A stretch of DNA of 55,872 bases from Pseudomonadota bacterium (GTDB lineage Bacteria; Desulfobacterota; Syntrophia; Syntrophales; UBA5619). The stretch covers positions 1 to 55,872 of the forward strand of contig JAHJXP010000008.1 in NCBI GenBank assembly GCA_018827585.1. The letters are read 5' to 3'. Of this stretch, positions 49,385 through 55,872 are shown piece after piece. The position numbers and the translations under genes were made by a program. Position 1 is the first letter of the stretch. Each line of letters starts with the position of its first letter. The notes under the pieces were generated by a model, which was not told the origin of the DNA, searched no databases, and worked only from the letters and a program-made list of their open reading frames with translations.

Positions 49385-50776
49385 ATGGAGAATTTTCTCG
49401 GCTGCCACTCGGAATGGAATCTGGGAAGTCCCGGAGGCTGGGATTACCAGCGCATTACCCAGGTGATCGGCAAGGAGGTGTGGAAACGGTTCAATGAAAT
49501 CAGGAAGATTGAGGTGGATCTGGATTTCGACCATCCTCTCCTCTATCCGATCGATGGATTTGTGCAGATGCTCCTCGATGCCCATCGCACGAGGGAGGGG
49601 AGAAATCCCGGGATCATCGCCGTCGTTGCTGAGGAAGAGACCCTCGAAGACGTCACCGAGAACAGAAATCTCGCCGCAAGACTCAGCGAAATACCGGGAA
49701 TAACGGGGGTCCTCACGGCGCCCCACGAGCTGGAGCTGAAAAACGGCAGGGTATGCCACAGAGGCAAACCCATCTCCCTGCTCTTTGTCGACTTCAACAC
49801 CGACACCCTCCTTTCCCTGCACCGCAGGCAGGACCTTTCTCCCCTGCTGATGGCGGTGCGGGAAGGGCGGGTCATCAATCCCCGCGGCACCGGACCGATC
49901 AACGTCAAGAGCGTCTTCGAGCTCATCACCGGCCCCCACCGGGACCGTTTTCACCCGGAAACCGTCAGCCGCACGCCGTGGACCCGCAAGTTCCATCCCC
50001 GGAAGACGGAAGGGCCGCGAGGGGAGGCCATCGCCGACCTTGTCGAGTGGACGCGGAAACACTGGGACTCGCTGGTCCTCAAACCCGAGCGCGGTTACTC
50101 GGGAAAGGGGGTGCGGGTGGGAGGGGTCCACGGAAACGTCGGGGAAACGATTGAGCTCGCGCTGAATGCGGGCGACTACATCGTCCAGGAGAAGGTCCCC
50201 CTTTATCTCTGGGGGGAGGACAATCCCGTTGCGGATAGGGAGCGCGAGGAAACCGCCCTCGTCCGCTTTCAGACCGATTTCCGCTGCCTGTTCGGCCCGC
50301 AGCGGATTTTCGGGTTTCTCGTGAGGTTCGGGGGGATTCCCACCAACGTCGGAAGCGGAGGGGGCGTGCAGCCGCTCGCCGTATTGCGCTCGGACATGAC
50401 GGTGCGGGAGGCGGTGGACAGGATCAACGAGGCCATCCTCTCCATCGGCTACGGGGACCTGCTCGAGATCGTCGGGATGCAGGAAAAGATGGCTTTAGAC
50501 CACAGGTTCACCTATCTTCTCGGCCCGATCAGGATGGCACTCAGGCCGCGGGTGTTGAGGCCCGGTCACATAGACGCCCTGCGCGCCTATTGCAGCGCCG
50601 TCTGGTCCGATTGTCTGACCCTCGAAAAGATGTGGCTTTCAGGGGAAATCGATTCATTCGTAAACATCGAAGCCGAAGAACTCGCGATCGCCCGTTCCCA
50701 GGTTTGGGGCGGGTCCCCCGCCATTTTCGCAGCGGACGGGCTCTTCAGTTTCGGGGCGCACCCGGAGGGGCCATGA
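49385..50776 (+). CDS. ATP-grasp superfamily-like protein (glutathionylspermidine-synthase-like / circularly permuted type), function unknown
   Basis: 463 aa. ...SLVLKPERGYSGKGVRVGG...YIVQEKV... and the preceding ...LLFVDFNTDTLL...INPRGTGPINVKSVFELI... resemble the ATP-grasp/GspS layout. The assignment is tentative. Confidence 0.4.
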   Translation: MENFLGCHSEWNLGSPGGWDYQRITQVIGKEVWKRFNEIRKIEVDLDFDHPLLYPIDGFVQMLLDAHRTREGRNPGIIAVVAEEETLEDVTENRNLAARLSEIPGITGVLTAPHELELKNGRVCHRGKPISLLFVDFNTDTLLSLHRRQDLSPLLMAVREGRVINPRGTGPINVKSVFELITGPHRDRFHPETVSRTPWTRKFHPRKTEGPRGEAIADLVEWTRKHWDSLVLKPERGYSGKGVRVGGVHGNVGETIELALNAGDYIVQEKVPLYLWGEDNPVADREREETALVRFQTDFRCLFGPQRIFGFLVRFGGIPTNVGSGGGVQPLAVLRSDMTVREAVDRINEAILSIGYGDLLEIVGMQEKMALDHRFTYLLGPIRMALRPRVLRPGHIDALRAYCSAVWSDCLTLEKMWLSGEIDSFVNIEAEELAIARSQVWGGSPAIFAADGLFSFGAHPEGP

Positions 50777-51552
50777 ATATCGAAGTGAACCCGGAATGGT
50801 GGAAGGAGCTTTTCGACGAAGTCTATCTCGTCACCGATGCGCGCTCGGTATGCGATGAGGATGTGACCCGCCGGGAGATCGATCTCCTCCGGGAATTGAT
50901 CCCGCTTTCCCCGGAACACGAAATCCTCGATCTTTGCGGCGGCCACGGAAGGCACAGCATGGAACTGCACAGCCGCGGGTTCAAAAAGTGCACCGTCCTG
51001 GACTACTCGCAGTTTCTCATCGACCGAGGAAGGAGGGAAGCGGGCAGGTTGGGGATGGAGATCACATTTCTCCAGGGAGACGCCAGGGCGACCGGCCTTC
51101 CCCCGGAAAGCTTCGACCATGTGCTGATCCTCGGCAATTCTCTCGGATACATCGCCTCCCCGGAGGGTGACCGGGCGATCCTCTCCGAAGCGATGCGCCT
51201 GGTAAAGCGCGGAGGCCGGCTCCTCATCGACATCGTCAACGGCGCCACCCTCAAAAGCAGGTTTAATCCCCTTGCCTGGCATGAGATCGGCGACGATATC
51301 GTGGTCTGCCGGAACAGGAGTCTGGACGGGGATATGGTCTATGCGCGGGAGATGGTGATCAGCAAGAAGAGCGGGCTTATCAGGGACAACTGCTATTCAT
51401 TGAGGATCTACGAACCGGACTCGATGCGGCGCCTCCTGGCTCAAATCGGGTTTTCCGGCGTCACGGTCTTAGGCGATTTTTCGCCCTTCCACAAAATAGG
51501 GGATTACGGTTTCATGAACTCCCGCATGATCGTCACCGCGCAGAAGCCATAA
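50773..51552 (+). CDS. Class I SAM-dependent methyltransferase
   Basis: Start ATG 50773 overlaps the upstream stop (ATGA). Motif I is ILDLCGGHGRHSMEL, with post-I and post-II motifs following. The track ORF start at 50590 is rejected. Confidence 0.8.
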   Translation: MNIEVNPEWWKELFDEVYLVTDARSVCDEDVTRREIDLLRELIPLSPEHEILDLCGGHGRHSMELHSRGFKKCTVLDYSQFLIDRGRREAGRLGMEITFLQGDARATGLPPESFDHVLILGNSLGYIASPEGDRAILSEAMRLVKRGGRLLIDIVNGATLKSRFNPLAWHEIGDDIVVCRNRSLDGDMVYAREMVISKKSGLIRDNCYSLRIYEPDSMRRLLAQIGFSGVTVLGDFSPFHKIGDYGFMNSRMIVTAQKP

Positions 51553-51672
51553 GACAGCGTCGATCATGCGCCGGTCGCTTCGGTGCCGGCGGGGATTCTC
51601 GCCAACTCGAGAAACATGAATAATTGCCAACGGCGCGATTCCATACATCGGCAAATAAATCGGCAAAAAGCA

Positions 51673-51699
51673 TTGCATTAAATTTGATCATAGTATAAT
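51673..51699 (+). promoter_or_regulatory. Candidate promoter for the Fic gene
   Basis: TTGCAT (51673-51678), a short 15-nt spacer, then a perfect TATAAT (51694-51699), in an AT-rich spacer. Confidence 0.35.
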
Positions 51700-51768
51700 C
51701 TTCCACGTAATCACGGATTATTTACAGACTATCTAACGGTAAAAATATCGGCAATTAGAGGCAACAAC

Positions 51769-52983
51769 ATGCGCTCTCAAATCCACCGAATGACTCCTCT
51801 CCTGCCCGAAGAGGCGGACGAGCTTCAAGACCTTGCCCTGGACGTGATCCAGAAATCCGCTGCGCTCGGCAACAGACAGCATCCCGTGACGCTCAACACG
51901 CTTCGGGAACTGCTCAGGATCATCAACAGCTACTATTCCAATCTAATTGAGGGGCATAACACCCATCCTCATGACATTGTCCGCGCCATGCAGAAAGAGT
52001 ACGATTCAGAACCGGCCAAGCGCAATCTTCAACTGGAAAGCGTTGCCCATATCAACGTCCAGAACGATATGGAGAAGAAACTGCGGGAAGAGTCGGAAGT
52101 CAACATTGCCGGCCGGGAATTTCTCTGTTACATCCACCGTGAGTTCTACCGGCAACTGCCTGAGGAATTCCGGGTCGTGAAGAATCCTGAAATGGGCGGG
52201 GAAAACATGGTCATGCCGGGAGAGCTCCGCAAAGAGTCCGTCAAGGTGGGATATCACGAGCCGCCGGGGCATGGCTTACTCAAGGCTTTTCTCGACCGTT
52301 TCGGCGAATTTTATGCGCCGGACAGGCATCATGGTGCGCCGAAGCTTGTTGCAGCCGCCGCGGCCCACCATCGGCTTATGTGGGTTCATCCATTCCTCGA
52401 TGGCAACGGTCGGGTGACGCGCCTCTTCACCGAGGCATACTTTCACCGGATTCCCGTTCACGGTTTGGGACTCTGGTCGGCAAGCCGAGGGCTGGCCCGC
52501 GGGAACGTCGATTACAAATCTGCCCTTGCCCGGGCCGATGCACCCCGTCGGAACGACCTGGACGGCAGGGGAAATCTGTCCAATGAAGGGCTGATTTATT
52601 TTTGCCGCTTCTTTCTTGAGGTGTGCCTCGACCAGGTGGAATATATGGGGGGCTTGCTGCGGTTGGAACAACTGGTTGAACGCATCAGACGGTACGTCGA
52701 TCTACGCGGTGCAGGCATGATCCCCGGACCGGCGGGGAAGAAGGCGCTTAAAATTGAGTCGGCCAGGATGCTCCAGGAGGTCTTGGTGCAGGGAGAGGCG
52801 GCCCGGGGATCTGTCATTGCAGCGTCAGGTCTGAAAGAACGGACAGGAAGAACTCTCTTAGGGCAACTCATCGAGGAGGGGTTGCTGGTTTCGGACACGC
52901 CGAAAGGCGATGTCCGAATGGGATTTCCGATTCATGCCGCGGGATGGTTCTTCCCAGACCTGTATCCCGCTTTATCTCGGTAA
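51769..52983 (+). CDS. Fic family protein (AMPylase-type motif) with an N-terminal inhibitory-helix motif
   Basis: Fic core HPFLDGNGRVTR is at 52387-52422. SNLIEG, which fits (S/T)xxxE(G/N), is at 51937-51954. 404 aa. Confidence 0.85.
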   Translation: MRSQIHRMTPLLPEEADELQDLALDVIQKSAALGNRQHPVTLNTLRELLRIINSYYSNLIEGHNTHPHDIVRAMQKEYDSEPAKRNLQLESVAHINVQNDMEKKLREESEVNIAGREFLCYIHREFYRQLPEEFRVVKNPEMGGENMVMPGELRKESVKVGYHEPPGHGLLKAFLDRFGEFYAPDRHHGAPKLVAAAAAHHRLMWVHPFLDGNGRVTRLFTEAYFHRIPVHGLGLWSASRGLARGNVDYKSALARADAPRRNDLDGRGNLSNEGLIYFCRFFLEVCLDQVEYMGGLLRLEQLVERIRRYVDLRGAGMIPGPAGKKALKIESARMLQEVLVQGEAARGSVIAASGLKERTGRTLLGQLIEEGLLVSDTPKGDVRMGFPIHAAGWFFPDLYPALSR

Positions 52984-53053
52984 AGAAGAGGGGGATCAAG
53001 CGGCTTTCAGACACCACTGATATGCTTCCATACATTACATGATAAAAAACCCC

Positions 53054-53086
53054 TTGACTAAAATGTCATAATGTTATAGCATAACA
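53054..53086 (+). promoter_or_regulatory. Candidate promoter with overlapping 15-bp palindrome (possible operator for the HTH domain)
   Basis: TTGACT (53054-53059), 17 nt, TAGCAT (53077-53082). The palindrome TGTTAT-AGC-ATAACA at 53072-53086 covers the -10. Confidence 0.4.
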
Positions 53087-53106
53087 ACCAACAATGGGAG
53101 GTTGTC

Positions 53107-55575
53107 ATGCTTGATAGTAAAGATATAAGCAGGGTCGTCAAAGAACTCAGGAATCAACTGAACCTCAGCCAAGAAGAATTAGCGGCAAAACTGGGCGTCT
53201 CCTTTGCCACGGTAAACCGCTGGGAAAACGAGAAGATCACACCCAGAGGCAAAGCCAGAGAGGCCATTTTGAAGTTGATAGAAGCATCGGACCTTGATCA
53301 GAAGGCTCTGGAGAATGCCGGGGACATTGGCGGCAATCATAAAAAGCGCCGCCGGAAATTATCCAAAGAAGACGTCCTCAGCACAAAATCCATGGAACAG
53401 ATGCTATGGAGCGCCGCCTGTTCCATCCGCGGCGAAAAGGACGCACCGAAGTTCAAGGATTATATTCTGCCCCTTGTTTTTATCAAACGCCTGTCCGACG
53501 TCTTTGAAGATGAAATTGAGCGGCTGGCCGAAACCTATGGCGACGAAGAAACGGCGCTAACCATCATCGAAGCCGACCACCAACTGGTCCGGTTTTATAT
53601 TCCTGCCGAGGCGCGCTGGCCGGTGGTCAGCGGTCGCGAAAAATTCAAATGGCCTGAAGACCGCAAGCCCAAAACACTGGGCGAACAGCTCACCATGACC
53701 GTCCGCACTATCGCCAAGGCCAACCCATCCCTGACGGGCGTCATCGACATCGTGGATTACAATGAGACCCGCAGCGGGGAACGTGAAATCAGCGACACGG
53801 CTCTCTCCGGCGTGATTGAAACCCTGTCCGATCCCCGCTACCGATTAGGGCTGTATGATGTAGAGCCTGATTTCCTGGGTCGTGCCTATGAATATCTCCT
53901 GAGAAAATTTGCCGAAAGCCAGGGCCAGAGCGCCGGCGAGTTCTTCACGCCTACGGAAGTGGGGTGGCTGATGGCCTATATCCTGCGCCCCCGCCAGGGT
54001 GAAGAGGTTTACGATTTTGCCTGCGGTTCAGCGGGGCTCTTGATCAAGTGTGAACTAGCATTACAGGAACGGGAAATCAAGATTCAGCGGCCTCTTAAAC
54101 TCTACGGGCAGGAACTGACGGGGTCCAGTTACGCCATTGCCCGGATGAACATGGTGGTCCATGACATGGAAGGCGAGATCGTCCGCGGCAACTCCATGAC
54201 CAATCCGAAATTCAAAGACTCCGATTCCAGCCTGAAGAAATTCGATATCGTTGTGGCCAATCCCATGTGGAACCAGCCCTTTGATCAGTCCGTTTACGAA
54301 AATGATCCCTTTGATCGTTTTGAATCCCAGGGCGGCGTTACCACCGGCAAGGCCGACTGGGCATGGCTTCAGCATGCCGCCGCTTCGCTGAGTAACCACG
54401 GCCGCGCCGCCATCGTCCTCGACACGGGAGCCGTCACGCGGGGCAGCGGCAGCAAGAGCGAGGACAGGGAAAAGAAAATCCGCCAGTGGTTTGTCGAGCG
54501 CGACTGGATTGAGGGCGTCATCCTCCTGCCCGACAACCTTTTTTACAACACCACCGCCGCCGGAATCATCATCTTCTTCAACAAGGCGAAATCACTGGCG
54601 CGGCAGGGAAGGATTGTCCTGGTCAACGCCGGCCGCGAATTCAAGAAAGGCAAGCCCAAAAACTATATCCCCGATGAAAACATCCGCAAGATCGCCAATG
54701 CCTTCATCAAAGGGGAGGACGTCGAGAAGTTCGTCAAGGTCATCACGACGGCGGAGACAGCGGAAAACGATTTCAACCTGTCGCCATCGAGGTATGTGGA
54801 CTTTAATGAACAGGAGACCTACCGCCCGATCCAGGACATTCTCGAAGAGCTTGACACTATGAAACAGGTGACCACGTCTGTTGATGCGGATCTACAAGAA
54901 ATATTTATAGGATTGAATTCTCAATTAGAAATAATGAAGCAAGAAATACCAAATAATTGGGTTGAAACGCTCTTTCGAGACGTTGGCACGTTTTACGGCG
55001 GAGGCACACCATCCACAATGAATCCTGCATTCTGGAATGGACCAATTCAATGGACAACAAGTAAACGTTTAGGGGAGTCTCTTTATCTTGAGAGCGGTGA
55101 GCGCACCATATCGGATAATGCTCTTAAAGAAAGTTCAACAACGCTCATACCAAAAGGAAACCTTCTGGTGGGAACAAGGGTGGGAACTGGTAAAATTGTT
55201 GTTAATAGAATTGATATCGCAATAAGTCAGGATCTAACAGGTGTGATAGTTGACAAGAGCAAGTATCTTCCAGAATTCATTGCATATCAAATGCGTGCAC
55301 AACGAATTCAAGAATTTTTTCATAAACAGAAGCGGGGAGTAACAATACAAGGGATTTCAAGAGATGATTTAAAAGATTTTGTACTTTATATTCCGCCACT
55401 CCACGAACAGAAGAAAATTGCCGCCATTCTATCCAAAATTCAACGAGCAATCGAGATACATGCATCCATCATCGAGCGTACACGGGAACTGAACAAAACC
55501 ATGCTGAACAAGCTGATGACGGGCGAGATTAGAGTGAAGGATCTGGATATCGATGTATCCGAGGTGAGCACATGA
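53107..55575 (+). CDS. Fusion protein: XRE-type HTH, type I restriction-modification N6-adenine methyltransferase (HsdM), and a single-TRD specificity module (HsdS half)
   Basis: 822 aa. HTH is LNLSQEELAAKLGVSFATVNRWENEK. The HsdM part has FFTPTEV..., motif I DFACGSAGLL, motif IV VANPMWN, and ...FNLSPSRYV. From residue ~610, MKQEIPNNWVETLFRDVGTFYGGGTPST... is a TRD, and a C-terminal coiled conserved region (...HEQKKIAAILSKIQRAIE...) follows. Confidence 0.8.
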   Translation: MLDSKDISRVVKELRNQLNLSQEELAAKLGVSFATVNRWENEKITPRGKAREAILKLIEASDLDQKALENAGDIGGNHKKRRRKLSKEDVLSTKSMEQMLWSAACSIRGEKDAPKFKDYILPLVFIKRLSDVFEDEIERLAETYGDEETALTIIEADHQLVRFYIPAEARWPVVSGREKFKWPEDRKPKTLGEQLTMTVRTIAKANPSLTGVIDIVDYNETRSGEREISDTALSGVIETLSDPRYRLGLYDVEPDFLGRAYEYLLRKFAESQGQSAGEFFTPTEVGWLMAYILRPRQGEEVYDFACGSAGLLIKCELALQEREIKIQRPLKLYGQELTGSSYAIARMNMVVHDMEGEIVRGNSMTNPKFKDSDSSLKKFDIVVANPMWNQPFDQSVYENDPFDRFESQGGVTTGKADWAWLQHAAASLSNHGRAAIVLDTGAVTRGSGSKSEDREKKIRQWFVERDWIEGVILLPDNLFYNTTAAGIIIFFNKAKSLARQGRIVLVNAGREFKKGKPKNYIPDENIRKIANAFIKGEDVEKFVKVITTAETAENDFNLSPSRYVDFNEQETYRPIQDILEELDTMKQVTTSVDADLQEIFIGLNSQLEIMKQEIPNNWVETLFRDVGTFYGGGTPSTMNPAFWNGPIQWTTSKRLGESLYLESGERTISDNALKESSTTLIPKGNLLVGTRVGTGKIVVNRIDIAISQDLTGVIVDKSKYLPEFIAYQMRAQRIQEFFHKQKRGVTIQGISRDDLKDFVLYIPPLHEQKKIAAILSKIQRAIEIHASIIERTRELNKTMLNKLMTGEIRVKDLDIDVSEVST

Positions 55576-55872
55576 ATGAAGAATCCAGGGGAGAAATAGT
55601 TATCTATCGTACCAAAGATGGCAAGGCTGCCCTGGATGTCAGCCTCCGCGGAGAAACGCTTTGGTCGAATCAAACTCAGATGTCCGATCTGTTTGACAGA
55701 GACCGGTCCGTCATCACAAAGCACTTGAGCAATATTTTTAAGAGCGGGGAATTGGATAAGAAAAGCAATGTGCAAAAAATGCACATTGCCGGTTCCGACA
55801 AACCGGTCGCCTATTATAAAATGACTTTTGACGCAATAATTTTAAACACAATAATTTATATCTCTTTGAATG
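55572..55872 (+). CDS. RhuM-like protein, partial (runs to window end)
   Basis: ATGA overlap with the upstream stop. MNEESRGEIVIYRTKDGKAALDVSLRGETLWSNQTQMSDLFDRDRSVITKHLSNIFKSGELDKKSNVQKMH... matches the RhuM-family N-terminus as I remember it. The last ~20 codons are AT-rich and diverge. Confidence 0.6.
   Translation, partial: MNEESRGEIVIYRTKDGKAALDVSLRGETLWSNQTQMSDLFDRDRSVITKHLSNIFKSGELDKKSNVQKMHIAGSDKPVAYYKMTFDAIILNTIIYISLN

Overview
This is a high-GC window (about 60% by eye) from a Gram-negative bacterium (LptD is present). The gene content suggests an anaerobic Deltaproteobacteria/Thermodesulfobacteriota-like organism, but that is inference.

- 1-14007: the ribosomal-protein superoperon, rplD' to rplQ, including secY, map, infA, rpmJ and rpoA. 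adk is not between secY and map.
- 14-23.5 kb: housekeeping genes. These are an EF-Tu-domain-like small protein, a frameshifted class II cNMP phosphodiesterase, folC, lptD, rplM-rpsI, argC, cysS and an HD hydrolase.
- 23.4-32.2 kb (minus strand): one long operon. It runs receiver protein, GltD/NuoF-like FdhB, selenocysteine formate dehydrogenase FdhA, haem-motif histidine kinase, receiver, BASS transporter, SDR remnant.
- 32.2-37.3 kb: a ModF-like ABC ATPase, a class IV aminotransferase, a cytidylate-kinase-like protein and pyk.
- 37.4-45.7 kb (minus strand): a Liu-like acyl-CoA cluster. It has carboxyltransferase, biotin carboxylase, BCCP, crotonase, a BKACE enzyme, two acyl-CoA dehydrogenases and a truncated third.
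- 46-51.6 kb: metK, then DUF885, an ATP-grasp-like protein and a methyltransferase.
- 51.6-55.9 kb: a lower-GC accessory segment with Fic, an HTH-HsdM-HsdS fusion and a RhuM-like partial gene.

Most interesting observations:
1. A family of about 125-nt hairpin-closed structured repeats sits inside normally tiny intergenic spacers of the ribosomal operon. There are four full copies plus fragments, and the stem substitutions are sense-strand specific G.U or fully compensatory.
2. A 15-unit heptanucleotide array lies between rplF and rplR.
3. The metK leader resembles a SAM-II pseudoknot aptamer followed by an intrinsic terminator.
4. The selenocysteine FDH operon has an embedded two-component system whose sensor carries CxxCH and CxxxCH motifs.
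5. A BKACE enzyme sits where a Liu cluster would normally have a lyase.
6. The type I methylase-specificity fusion has an N-terminal HTH and a palindrome over its promoter.
7. There are several gene remnants (SDR, ACAD, TetR, prepilin) and one homopolymer frameshift.

All functional calls rest on motif recognition and synteny by eye. No database search was run.
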